A stretch of DNA of 64,000 bases from an uncultured Chlamydiae bacterium (GCA_963696295.1 CAVOJR010000001.1:1376001-1440000), one strand, 5' to 3'. Numbered from the stretch's first letter, positions 18,976-28,659 are shown. The notes: generated by a model from the sequence alone, not told the origin. Numbers and translations: made by a program.

Positions 18976-20439
18976 TCAATTTTTCGGGATCGCAGGCTTT
19001 TCATGGGGCACGCCACCGTCATCCACATCGAAATCGGGGTCGAGAATAGTCTTGCCCTGAGCGCCTAAAAACTGAAACTGGGCTTTCAGCCACTCGCTTG
19101 GTTTCTGCTGTTTGGCATAATCGAGGAGGATAGCTTCAAGTTCGCGGACTTTCTCGGGATTCTGCTCGGCGAGGTTGTTTTTTTCACCGGGATCTTTCGA
19201 CAGATCATAGAGTTCCGTTTTTCCAGGAAGAAGCGCGATTTTGATCAACTTCCAATTCCCTTTTCGGACAGCCCCGCGAAAGGCTTCGACATTGATGAGA
19301 ATATTATCATGCAGCGTTTTTTGCTGTCCCGTCAGTACCGGCCACATGTTTAAGCCGTCCAGCGGTTTTCCTTTTGAGTTATTGGCTTTGCCAAGATACA
19401 AAAGCGTTGGCATAAGGTCCACATGATGCATAGGGACCTCTATCACAGCGGGTTTCAGTTTTCCCACCCATGTGATGAATGTGGGCAAGCGGACCCCGCC
19501 TTCATGCAGACTCCCCTTGCCGCCGCGGAATATGCCGTTAGAGGCGGGTGGTTTCTCGCCGGGAGCCAACTCATCCGGGTTCTCTTCCCGCTCCTCAGGG
19601 GATCTCGCGCCCGTCGCAAATAAGGCGTTCGTGGCCCCGCCGTTGTCGCTCGTAAAGAAAATAACCGTATTTTCAAACATCTTTTTCTTTTTCAGCTCAG
19701 CGACAATTCTTCCCACCTGCTCATCCATATCGGTGACCATGGCGGCATAGGCTCTTCGATATTTATCCTGGATCTTGTCTTTGTATAGGTCGAGGTATTT
19801 CTGCGGAGCCTGATAAGGAGCGTGCGGCGAAAGGAAGGCCACAAAGAGAAACAGGGGTTTTGAAGTATTGTGGTTTGCAATGATATTGACCGCTTCCTTG
19901 CCTATGAGGTCCGTATGGTATCCCTCTTCTTTAAAAAACTTTCCGTTGCGCTGCCAATCGACGATCCCCCCTCTTTCCTTCGTGAAGTAGTCAACTTCCC
20001 CCACCAGATTGCCATAGAAAGAATCAAATCCCCGGTTTTGCGGCCAATATTTTTTATCGGCGTGTCCAAGATGCCATTTGCCGACCAGGGCTGTTTGGTA
20101 TCCTGCGTCCTTAAGAGCTTGAGCTACGGTTTCTTCATCTGTTGGGAGGCCGTAGGTGTGGCTTGGGAAAATCACAAGGGTCTGCAACCCCTGGCGCATC
20201 GGATAACGCCCCGTCATAAGCGCGGCGCGCGCCGGTGTGCAGACCGGCAATCCATAATAGTCCTCTAACCGGACCCCCTCCTTGGCCAGGGCGTCAATAT
20301 TCGGGGTGGAGATATCGCTTCCTCTGTAACCCAGATCCGCATTGCCCAAGTCATCGGCGACAAATACAACAAAATTAGGCCGGTCATCCGCATAACTGTA
20401 TCCTAAAACAAGACAGAAGGCGATAATTCTTAAAATCAT
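18976..20439 (-). CDS. Arylsulfatase (formylglycine-dependent, ARSB-like), exported
   Basis: Signal peptide, ADDLG, CTPARAALMTGR, GKWHLG and SDNG. Confidence 0.92.
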   Translation of the reverse strand: MILRIIAFCLVLGYSYADDRPNFVVFVADDLGNADLGYRGSDISTPNIDALAKEGVRLEDYYGLPVCTPARAALMTGRYPMRQGLQTLVIFPSHTYGLPTDEETVAQALKDAGYQTALVGKWHLGHADKKYWPQNRGFDSFYGNLVGEVDYFTKERGGIVDWQRNGKFFKEEGYHTDLIGKEAVNIIANHNTSKPLFLFVAFLSPHAPYQAPQKYLDLYKDKIQDKYRRAYAAMVTDMDEQVGRIVAELKKKKMFENTVIFFTSDNGGATNALFATGARSPEEREENPDELAPGEKPPASNGIFRGGKGSLHEGGVRLPTFITWVGKLKPAVIEVPMHHVDLMPTLLYLGKANNSKGKPLDGLNMWPVLTGQQKTLHDNILINVEAFRGAVRKGNWKLIKIALLPGKTELYDLSKDPGEKNNLAEQNPEKVRELEAILLDYAKQQKPSEWLKAQFQFLGAQGKTILDPDFDVDDGGVPHEKPAIPKN

Positions 20440-20443
20440 AGAT

Positions 20444-21994
20444 TCAGCTCCCCACGGCGTTATTTAAGGTTTTCAAGGACTGATCCACGGTGAAACTGGC
20501 TGCTTTTTGCCTCGGTGGAAACTCCTTGAATGTCTGCATAAACTTTGCCACATATTCCTGAGCCGGAACCAACATGAAGGCGTGGTTTAACACATAATCA
20601 TAGTAGGTGTTTGAAGTGATGTCAGCCCTTTCATAAGGATCCATCCGCAGATTGAAAATTTTGGGGACGCGCAAACGCACATACGGCTCTGCCCATACCT
20701 GTAAAGTCCCCTGCACTCTTTGTTCGGCAAAGACAAACTTCCAATTATCATAGCGAAGTCCCGTCAGATCTCCATCATCTGAGAAGTAGAAAAACTCCTG
20801 GCGAGGCCCTTTTGGCTCTTTTTGAGTCAGGTAGGGCAGGAAATTATAGCCATCGAGATGAACCTTAAAGGTTTTGTTTCCGGCTTTATATCCTGATAAG
20901 AGCTTTTCTTTGACGTCTGGAAGGCCTGCTGCCGCAAGCAGCGTCGGAAACCAGTCCAGATGCGACATGATCGTATTGGAAATAGATCCCGCTTTTATTT
21001 TTCCCGGCCACCGCACCATCGCCGGAACGCGGTAGGCCCCCTCCCAGTTGGAATTCTTTTCATTGCGAAACGGGGTCATCCCCGAATCAGGCCAGCTATT
21101 TATATGAGGGCCATTGTCTGTGCTGTAAAAGACAATAGTATTATCCGCAATGCCCAACTCGTCTAGCTTTTTCAAGATGGTGCCCACGTTTTTATCATGA
21201 TCGATCATCACATCCGCGTAGACTCCAAGCCATCTGCCCGCCTGGCCGATGCTCTCAGGTTTTGGATGAGTGCGAAAATGCATATGGGTGAAATTAATCC
21301 ACACAAAAAAGGGCTTATTCGCTTTCTTTTGTTTTTCGATATACTCGGCTGAGCGCGCCGCGATATCATCGTCGATTGTTTCCATCCGTTTTTTGGTCAA
21401 AGGACCCGTGTCCTCGATTTTTTGCGTCCCGTCGGGATTGGCGAAGCTGTGGATAACGCCGCGAGGGCCGTAGCGTTTGCGAAAATTGGGAAAATCAGCT
21501 TCCGTGGGATAATCGGGTAATTCCGGTTCTTCTTCGGCGTTCAAGTGGTATAAGTTTCCATAGAATTCATCAAACCCGTGAGCCGTCGGCAGGAATTCAT
21601 CCTTATCCCCCAAGTGGTTCTTGCCGAACTGGCCTGTAGCGTAGCCTTGAGCCTTAATAAGCTCTGCTATCGTGGGATCTTCCGGCCGAAGCCCCAGATC
21701 GGCACCCGGAAGGCCTACTTTGCTAAGGCCCGTGCGGATGACACTTTGCCCGGTGATAAAGGCCGCTCTTCCGGCCGTACAGCTTTGTTCTCCATAGTAA
21801 TCAGTAAAAATCATCCCTTCATTGGCGATCCTGTCGATATTCGGAGTGTAATAGCCCATTAAACCTTTGGAATAAACACTCAAATTGGTTTGGCCGATAT
21901 CGTCCCCCCAAATGACGACAATATTCGGCTTTTCTGCTGCTCCCAGAGAAATAAAAAATGAGAGCCCAAGCAGGGTAAAAAATTTACAAAGCAT
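20444..21994 (-). CDS. Arylsulfatase (CxAxR variant), exported
   Basis: Signal peptide from MLCKFF, WGDDIG, SCTAGRAAFITG, GKNHLGD and TDNG. Confidence 0.92.
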   Translation of the reverse strand: MLCKFFTLLGLSFFISLGAAEKPNIVVIWGDDIGQTNLSVYSKGLMGYYTPNIDRIANEGMIFTDYYGEQSCTAGRAAFITGQSVIRTGLSKVGLPGADLGLRPEDPTIAELIKAQGYATGQFGKNHLGDKDEFLPTAHGFDEFYGNLYHLNAEEEPELPDYPTEADFPNFRKRYGPRGVIHSFANPDGTQKIEDTGPLTKKRMETIDDDIAARSAEYIEKQKKANKPFFVWINFTHMHFRTHPKPESIGQAGRWLGVYADVMIDHDKNVGTILKKLDELGIADNTIVFYSTDNGPHINSWPDSGMTPFRNEKNSNWEGAYRVPAMVRWPGKIKAGSISNTIMSHLDWFPTLLAAAGLPDVKEKLLSGYKAGNKTFKVHLDGYNFLPYLTQKEPKGPRQEFFYFSDDGDLTGLRYDNWKFVFAEQRVQGTLQVWAEPYVRLRVPKIFNLRMDPYERADITSNTYYDYVLNHAFMLVPAQEYVAKFMQTFKEFPPRQKAASFTVDQSLKTLNNAVGS

Positions 21995-22134
21995 GATTGT
22001 CCTAGTTTTTTTTTGGTTAATCCTCTTGTAATACAAAAAAGGTTAAATACTCTAGTGTCATTTTACCTTTTGAAATAAATTTCCCTCACTGCTATACTTA
22101 CCCCCTTAATTTTCTAACTTGAAAGGAGTTATTG

Positions 22135-22455
22135 ATGCAAGCCGTCAGCAAAGGAACAAAGACTACTCACACAGTATCTAACATACAACCCCCTGCAAAT
22201 CCCATAACAGCAGCCGCTCAGCAATCCCTGCAAAGCCCAAAGGCTCAGCCTAAATATAAATGCGACTTTTGCGCCGCAAAAATTACCCTGGCACAATCAC
22301 TTGTCGCCTGCAAATGCAAAAAAGTATTTTGTGAAAAGCATACGCCTCCAAAAACGCACGAATGCACCTTTGACTATAAAACTCCATCGCCAAAGACCCC
22401 AACCAGACAGAACAGTTTTCACGGCGGGGATTTCTCTAACAACGCGGCGTATTAA
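22135..22455 (+). CDS. AN1-type zinc-finger protein (eukaryote-like)
   Basis: KCDFC..CKCKKVFCEKH..THECTFDYK; AAGGAG RBS upstream of ATG 22135. Confidence 0.8.
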   Translation: MQAVSKGTKTTHTVSNIQPPANPITAAAQQSLQSPKAQPKYKCDFCAAKITLAQSLVACKCKKVFCEKHTPPKTHECTFDYKTPSPKTPTRQNSFHGGDFSNNAAY

Positions 22456-22718
22456 ATGATATTAAAACTCAATTTTTTGCTGATTATTTCAAAAAATTGA
22501 GTTTCGATCGACTGTACGTGAAATTCGCTCTTGATCGATTGCAGCAATTGCTCGAGCTGCACTTTTGTCCCTTGCGCATAGATTTCGACGCTGCCGTTTG
22601 GCAAATTCTCAACGGTGCCGGTCAGGCCGTCCCGGCGCGCCATATGCCGCACCGTGGCCCGAAACCCCACCCCCTGCACTCGGCCGGAGATAACGGCATG
22701 CATCTCTAGGAGCTGCAT
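22452..22718 (-). CDS. acyP: Acylphosphatase
   Basis: ISGRVQGVGFR and GTVENLPNGSVE. Confidence 0.92.
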   Translation of the reverse strand: MQLLEMHAVISGRVQGVGFRATVRHMARRDGLTGTVENLPNGSVEIYAQGTKVQLEQLLQSIKSEFHVQSIETQFFEIISKKLSFNII

Positions 22719-23701
22719 ACTTCCTCAGCTTCGCCGGCCGGCTCCTCTTCAGAGAGCGCTTCGCCAACCGGGAAAGTTAAAATGATATTTTCAATCTCTT
22801 CCAGGCTTTGCGCCCGGGCTATCATATGACGGAACTCTTTAGTCCCGCGCATCTTTTTGATATACCAGCACCCGACCCGCCGCATGTCGACGATCGCCCG
22901 CCGCTCATGATGGTACTGCTTGATCAGCAGAAAATGCTCGTAAAGCATCTTGCGGCTCTCTTCAGGGCCCCGCTCGATAGGCTCTTCCCCATTGAAATGG
23001 CGCTGAATATCTTCATAAATCCAGGGCTGCCCGAGCATGCCGCGCGAAACCAGGATCCCATCGCAGTTTGTCATCTCATACATCCGCTTCGCCGCCTTAG
23101 CGTCGAACACGTCGCCGTTGCCGATCACTTCGATTTTATTCGCCACGAGCTTGGCTTCCCTGATGACGTTCCAATCGGCAAAACCGCTATACCCCTGAGC
23201 CCTGGTGCGTCCATGAATCGTAATCGCTTTAGCCCCGGCAGCTTCCGCTATTTGTGTGATTTGCGGCGCATTGATGGAATGCTCGTCCCAGCCGGTGCGT
23301 ATCTTAACCGTGACCGGAATTTTAACCGCGGCCACCATCTCGGATAACACCTCGCCGATCAATTCGGGGTGCTTGAGCATGCCCGACCCGCTGCCGTCCT
23401 TTGTCACTTTATCCACGGGACAGCCGCAATTGAAATCGAGAACATCGAACCCCAAATCCTCCACCATCCTGGCCGCCTGGGCGGCTAGCTGCGGCTTGCT
23501 GCCGCAAAGCTGGGCGCCGATAGGGCGCATGGAAGCGTTGTAATCGAGCAAATGAAAAGTATTTTTGTCATAACGGACCAGCGCATCCATTTTGACCATC
23601 TCGCAATACATCAAAGCGGGCTTCCAGCGCGCGCTCATCTGACGAAAAGGGTAATCGGTGCAGCCGGCAAGAGGCGCGTATAAAATTCTTGGTCTTTTCA
23701 T
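22706..23701 (-). CDS. dusB: tRNA-dihydrouridine synthase
   Basis: APLAG, DFNCGCP, VTVKIRTGWD, HGRTRAQ and IGNGD. Confidence 0.92.
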   Translation of the reverse strand: MKRPRILYAPLAGCTDYPFRQMSARWKPALMYCEMVKMDALVRYDKNTFHLLDYNASMRPIGAQLCGSKPQLAAQAARMVEDLGFDVLDFNCGCPVDKVTKDGSGSGMLKHPELIGEVLSEMVAAVKIPVTVKIRTGWDEHSINAPQITQIAEAAGAKAITIHGRTRAQGYSGFADWNVIREAKLVANKIEVIGNGDVFDAKAAKRMYEMTNCDGILVSRGMLGQPWIYEDIQRHFNGEEPIERGPEESRKMLYEHFLLIKQYHHERRAIVDMRRVGCWYIKKMRGTKEFRHMIARAQSLEEIENIILTFPVGEALSEEEPAGEAEEVCSS

Positions 23702-23961
23702 CGGATCATCATAATGGTAAAATAAAGAGTCGCTTTTTCTAAAAGGCTCAAAACAATAAAGGCGACGATCGGGCTAAAATCGATCATCCCGATAGGGGGA
23801 ATAATCTTGCGGAAAAGGTTGAGATAGGGGTCTGTGTAAAAGGAAATAAAGTGCATAAACCGGGTCTGGCTCAATTCCGGAACCCAGGATCCTATAATTC
23901 GCACAAACAACATCAGCATATAAACTTGAAAAAGAATGCTGACCGTTTGAAGGACAACCAT
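23698..23961 (-). CDS. yggT: YggT family membrane protein
   Basis: SWVP, TDPYL and IPPIGMIDFSPIV. Confidence 0.9.
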   Translation of the reverse strand: MVVLQTVSILFQVYMLMLFVRIIGSWVPELSQTRFMHFISFYTDPYLNLFRKIIPPIGMIDFSPIVAFIVLSLLEKATLYFTIMMIR

Positions 23962-24088
23962 TTCTCACCTCCGAATAACAAAAAAAATAAAGGAAAAAAT
24001 CATTTTTGTCTAGGAATAATGAAAGGATTTATCTTGAAACGGAGCGGGATTTACCGTATTATTTAATTTCACAATTATTGCCTGTTTT

Positions 24089-25807
24089 ATGTTTGATAAA
24101 CCGACCTCTTCCCACACTCTTGGCTTAGAACTTGGCCCCTCCTCCATCAAAGGAGCCCAGCTCTACTATCGCAAAGGAAAACCCTCCTTTGTGCAGATAT
24201 TCGATATGCCCACCGACGTGGAGCACACGGAAACCTCGGAGCGCACCAGCCCGCTCGATTTGACCGAGGAGGGGCGAAAGCTCTTTCGCCTGATCGATAA
24301 AAACCTGGTGGTCACCTCCCTCCACACCAAAGAGGTGCTGGTCCGCCCCCTGGAAGTGAAGCTGACAAAACTCCGCGACGTCGACGCGGTGCTCGCCTTT
24401 CAGGCCGAACCCATTCTGCCTTACGCGGAAGATGAAGCTCTGCTGGATCGCATTGTGCTGGGAAAAAACCAGGAGGCGACTCAGCTCACTCTATGCACAA
24501 CCAAGAAAGAATTTTTAGAAAATCACCTGGACGTGTGGCAATCCCTCCATATCGAACCTGAAGTGGTCACCTGCTCCCCCGCCGCTCTGGCTGCATTTGC
24601 GAGACAATTCTTTCCTTCTAAATCCCCCTATTTTGTCCTCCATTTGGGCATGCTGGAAACCATCTGCCTGCTGATCCAGAACGACAAACTCATCGCAGCC
24701 TACCCTTGCCAAACAAATTTTCATATGTTGTTAGAGGCTTTGACGAAAGATCTAAAGCTGGAGGAGCCGCCCAAGTCGAACTTTTCTGAGCTTTTTAAAA
24801 ATATTGATGATGAAACCTGCCCTCTATCCGCCAAATTGCTTCATGATTGGCAGCTTGAGATCACAAAAGTCATTTTTGCGCTAAACAAGCAGATCAAAGA
24901 AGAGGCTCCCAGCCTTTTGATTACCGGAGACGGCGGAAGCCACCCCCCTTTAATTTCGAAGCTTTGCTCCAGGCTGTCTCAAACGGCCGAAACCCCGAAA
25001 TCCACAACCGAGTTCCCTCTCCCGGAAGCCCACCTGCAGAAATACGCCATCCCGATCGGCATGGCGTTAAGCGCGCTGCCCAAATTCCCCGACCCCATCA
25101 ATTTCCGGCAGGAGGAATTTGCCTATCCCAACCCCTGGAAACGGGTAAAAAAACCTCTTTACACATACCTGGCGTCAGTTCTTTTTGTCTCTTTAGCCTT
25201 TTATTTTTTCGGGAACGCCTATTTGAAATACCGGGAAGATCAATTAAAGCAGGAATTTGTCAGCCTCGTCGCCTTTATGCACAAACCCTACGCCGAATTC
25301 GAAAAGGAATACTCGAAGAAATTTCCTTCCGAAGCGGAAAATCCCGCGGAGTTGTCTGTTAATGTTAAAAATTTGACCCAGGCGGGCTTAAAGAACCGCT
25401 TGACCCAAATTGAAAACACCCTAAAGTCGATTCCCGAAACTTTCCCGCTGCAGGCGAATATCCCTCTTGTCAGCGACGTCTTAGCCTGGTTAAGAGCCCA
25501 CCCCAACGCCGTAAAAATTGAGGAGGCAACCGGCCAGGCGACCCCTTTGATAGAAATTCAAAATTTTTCCTACACGATGGTAAAAAGACCTGAAAAAAAC
25601 CGGATGAATGATAAATACCAGGTCAAAGTCGATCTGGAATTTACCAGCCCCTCTCCGAAATATGCCCGTGAATTCCACGATGCCCTTATAACGCCAAATG
25701 ATTTTATCGATCCGAAAAATGAAGTGAAATGGAATGCGTCGCAAGGGAAATACCGCACCACCTTTTTCCTGAAGGATAGAACCGTATACCCCTCTCAAAA
25801 AGGATAA
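24089..25807 (+). CDS. Conserved chlamydial membrane protein, PilM/GspL-like N-terminus
   Basis: LGLELGPSSIK, IPIGMAL, INFR followed by one TM helix. Confidence 0.55.
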   Translation: MFDKPTSSHTLGLELGPSSIKGAQLYYRKGKPSFVQIFDMPTDVEHTETSERTSPLDLTEEGRKLFRLIDKNLVVTSLHTKEVLVRPLEVKLTKLRDVDAVLAFQAEPILPYAEDEALLDRIVLGKNQEATQLTLCTTKKEFLENHLDVWQSLHIEPEVVTCSPAALAAFARQFFPSKSPYFVLHLGMLETICLLIQNDKLIAAYPCQTNFHMLLEALTKDLKLEEPPKSNFSELFKNIDDETCPLSAKLLHDWQLEITKVIFALNKQIKEEAPSLLITGDGGSHPPLISKLCSRLSQTAETPKSTTEFPLPEAHLQKYAIPIGMALSALPKFPDPINFRQEEFAYPNPWKRVKKPLYTYLASVLFVSLAFYFFGNAYLKYREDQLKQEFVSLVAFMHKPYAEFEKEYSKKFPSEAENPAELSVNVKNLTQAGLKNRLTQIENTLKSIPETFPLQANIPLVSDVLAWLRAHPNAVKIEEATGQATPLIEIQNFSYTMVKRPEKNRMNDKYQVKVDLEFTSPSPKYAREFHDALITPNDFIDPKNEVKWNASQGKYRTTFFLKDRTVYPSQKG

Positions 25808-25810
25808 AAA

Positions 25811-26434
25811 ATGGTAAAAAACATACCGCAAAACCGCCTGCTTATTTACCTGTTTTTTTTAGGTTTAGTCCCTTTTATATTCGTATTATTTAATTTTTAT
25901 ACTAAAAAAAGCCATTTGAATGAAATCCAACACAGCCTCGACTACATCCAGCAAAGAGCGCTTTCCCTAGAACAAAAGCAGGCTCAAAATGTCGCACTCC
26001 GCAACCACTACCGCAACGCGGACCACTTTTACATCGATAAATATCTTGAAACCATCACTTTTCTCGATCCGGAAATAGAGAACCTTAAGATGATCATGAA
26101 GGACAAAAACTTCACCAACGATAAAGCGATCGAAAAACGGCTGGAATTTCTCACAAGCCCGGCAAACCATCTCTCTTTTGTCGAAGGGGTTGTACAAACT
26201 TATCCCTTCTTTCAAGAGACCACCGAAACACTCTCCCACCCTGTAGAAGTGAATGTCGAAGATATCAAAAAAATCCTGGCCCGCGTTGAGGGAATCAAAA
26301 TCGGCCCTTATGAGCCGGGACCCAATCCGCCCCAGCTAGTGATTTTAGATTTCAAAATCGACAAGAAATCATCCAACAACGAAAGTGATGTTTATCTTCT
26401 TAATATGAAACTACTTAAAAGAGAATACACATGA
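25811..26434 (+). CDS. Conserved hypothetical bitopic membrane protein
   Basis: N-terminal TM plus coiled coil; tight operon spacing. Confidence 0.65.
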   Translation: MVKNIPQNRLLIYLFFLGLVPFIFVLFNFYTKKSHLNEIQHSLDYIQQRALSLEQKQAQNVALRNHYRNADHFYIDKYLETITFLDPEIENLKMIMKDKNFTNDKAIEKRLEFLTSPANHLSFVEGVVQTYPFFQETTETLSHPVEVNVEDIKKILARVEGIKIGPYEPGPNPPQLVILDFKIDKKSSNNESDVYLLNMKLLKREYT

Positions 26435-27708
26435 GACTCCTTTCACTCCTTCTTTTACTGCTTGCCGCCGGGTGCGTGCAGCGCCAATTTTCTTCGGAAA
26501 AACCGGGCCAGCTGGTCAGCATCAATTTAGTGGATCAAAACGGCTTAAGCGAAACGATTAGCACCCCTGACCGCTTAAAAGAATACGACCGGGTGAATTT
26601 CCTCTCTAATCAGCCCTACGCCAAAGTCCTTCGCGTTTATGGCAGGGACCAGCTCGGCAATACGCGCACCTTCCTCACCACCTATCACACCAACGGCCAG
26701 CCCAAACAATACCTTGAAGCGATCAATAACCGCGCTCATGGCCGCTACCGCGAATGGCACCCCGAAGGAGCCCTCAAACTCGAAGCCTACATCATTGGCG
26801 GCGATGGCGATCTCAGCCTTGCGGCTGAAAAAACCTGGCTTTTCGACGGAGTGGCCCGCGTTTGGGATGAAAATAGAAACCAGACAGCCACGATCGCCTA
26901 TGAAAAAGGAGTTCTTCAAGGCCCCTCGCTTTACTATCACGCCAACGGCAAAATCTGGAAAAGCATTCCCTACGACAAGGGTCAAATCTGCGGCAACCTG
27001 GAAATTTTCCTGGAAAACGGGGAAAAATTTCAGACCATGGAATATGTAAACGGCAAACTGCACGGCAAATCATTTAAGTATTGGGCCGATGGCAGCCTCG
27101 CGGCCGAAGAAACCTTCGTCAACGATTTGCTGACTTGCGGCAATTATTGCCAAAGGGACGGCAAACTCATCACTCAAATCAAAGAAGGAAAAGGATATCG
27201 CGCCATTTTTGGCAAAACGGCGCTTTGCGAACTTCAGGAGTATCAGCAAGGCGTGCTCGAAGGTGAAGTTAAAACCTTCAGCGAAGATGGCAATCTGCTC
27301 ACCATCAGCCACATCAAAAACGGGTTAAAACACGGCGAGGAGCTGGAGTATTTCCCCCCCAACCCCTTCAACAACCAGCTGCGCCCGATGCTTTCCATCA
27401 GCTGGCATGAAGGCAAAATTAACGGCACCGTCAAAACGTGGTATGAAAATGGAATGCTGGAAAGCAAGCGCGAAGTAGCCAACAACGTCAAGGAAGGACT
27501 TTACACCGCCTGGTTCCGCGATGGCAGTTTGATGATGATAGAAGAGTATGATCAGGACAAGCTCGTTAAAGGGGAGTATTATAAGAAAGGGGAAAAATAT
27601 CCGGTCAGTGAAATTGCCCTCGGCCAAGGAATGGCGACCCTCTATGACGGCGAAGGAAATTTCATGCATCGCATCAACTATAACAAAGGCGTGCCGGATG
27701 ACATGTAA
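26431..27708 (+). CDS. MORN-variant (YwqK-like) repeat lipoprotein
   Basis: Lipobox-like LAAGC; repeated Y/W-x-x-NG..G..hG units. Confidence 0.75.
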   Translation: MRLLSLLLLLLAAGCVQRQFSSEKPGQLVSINLVDQNGLSETISTPDRLKEYDRVNFLSNQPYAKVLRVYGRDQLGNTRTFLTTYHTNGQPKQYLEAINNRAHGRYREWHPEGALKLEAYIIGGDGDLSLAAEKTWLFDGVARVWDENRNQTATIAYEKGVLQGPSLYYHANGKIWKSIPYDKGQICGNLEIFLENGEKFQTMEYVNGKLHGKSFKYWADGSLAAEETFVNDLLTCGNYCQRDGKLITQIKEGKGYRAIFGKTALCELQEYQQGVLEGEVKTFSEDGNLLTISHIKNGLKHGEELEYFPPNPFNNQLRPMLSISWHEGKINGTVKTWYENGMLESKREVANNVKEGLYTAWFRDGSLMMIEEYDQDKLVKGEYYKKGEKYPVSEIALGQGMATLYDGEGNFMHRINYNKGVPDDM

Positions 27709-28207
27709 AGAGGCCTTGCGCGCCCGCTTTAAGCTGTTGCGCAATCAGCTTCCCCACTCAAAACCTCCCTTGTCCCCATTATTACCCAGATTTTCCCCCC
27801 ACAAACTCATCCTTTCTTATGCCAGCTTCGGCAGCGAACTCGACACCTGGGAAATTAACCGTTTTCTCGCCGATAACGGAAAGCTCGTTCTTCCCAAAAT
27901 AACCGGAAGCACCCTGCAATTGTTCCACGTGGAACATCTCTCTCAACTATCCGAGAATGCGGGAATCCGGGAGCCCAACCCGCTTCTTTGCACGCAAGTA
28001 GCTTATTCTCAGATTAGTCTGGCCTTAATCCCAGCTCTGGCGTTTGACCGCAACTTTTATCGTCTGGGATATGGCAAAGGCTACTATGACCGCCTGCTTG
28101 CAAACGGGCGCGCCTGGACTATCGGCCTTGGCTACCGCGAGCAATACACGGAGGAATTGCCCGTTACGGCAACGGACGTTCCCCTCAAAGAGCTGATGTT
28201 GCATTAG
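27698..28207 (+). CDS. ygfA: 5-formyltetrahydrofolate cyclo-ligase
   Basis: K..LR start, LIPALAFD, RLGYGKGYYDRLL and DVPL. Start reassigned to ATG 27698. Confidence 0.9.
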   Translation: MTCKEALRARFKLLRNQLPHSKPPLSPLLPRFSPHKLILSYASFGSELDTWEINRFLADNGKLVLPKITGSTLQLFHVEHLSQLSENAGIREPNPLLCTQVAYSQISLALIPALAFDRNFYRLGYGKGYYDRLLANGRAWTIGLGYREQYTEELPVTATDVPLKELMLH

Positions 28208-28659
28208 CTGCCGCAAACAGACGTTCCCCTCAAAGAGCCGATGTTGCATTAGCTGCCGCAAGCGGACGTTCCCCTCAAAGAGCCGATGTTGCATTAGCTG
28301 CCGCAAGCGGACGCTCCCCTCAAAGAGCTGAAGCTGCATTAGCTGCCGCAAGCGGACGTTCCCCTCAAAGAGCCGATGTTGCATTAGCTGCCGCAAACGG
28401 ACGCTCCCCTCAAAGAGCCGATATTGCATTAGCTGCCGCAAGCGGACGTTCCCCTCAAAGAGCTGATGTTGCATTAGCTGCCGCAAGCGGACGTTCCCCT
28501 CAAAGAGCCGATCTTGCATTAGCTGCCGCAAGCGGACGCTCCCCTCAAAGGGCTGATGTTGCATTAGCTGCCGCAAGCGGACGCCCCCCTCAAAGAGCCG
28601 ATATTGCAGACGCTCCCCTCAAAGAGCCGAAGCTGCCGCTGGCGCTGATGTTGCATTAG
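28171..28659 (+). repeat. 45-bp tandem repeat array (9 full units plus degenerate tail)
   Basis: Unit A(G/A)CGGACG(T/C)TCCCCTCAAAGAGC(C/T)GATGTTGCATTAGCTGCCGCA starts at 28171, 28216, 28261 ... 28531; partial copies continue to 28659. Confidence 0.98.

Noticed and set aside
26431..27708. Toxin-antitoxin antitoxin (YwqK label)
   Set aside because: No cognate toxin; it is a lipoprotein in a housekeeping operon, and the label reflects MORN-like repeats only.
28025..28576. 183-aa minus-strand repeat ORF (LRQLMQHRLFEGNVR)n
   Set aside because: By-product of a 45-nt unit; antisense to ygfA, with mostly non-synonymous variants.
28171..28659. CRISPR array or other guide-RNA array
   Set aside because: Units are contiguous with no unique spacers, only point variants, and no cas or nuclease gene is nearby.
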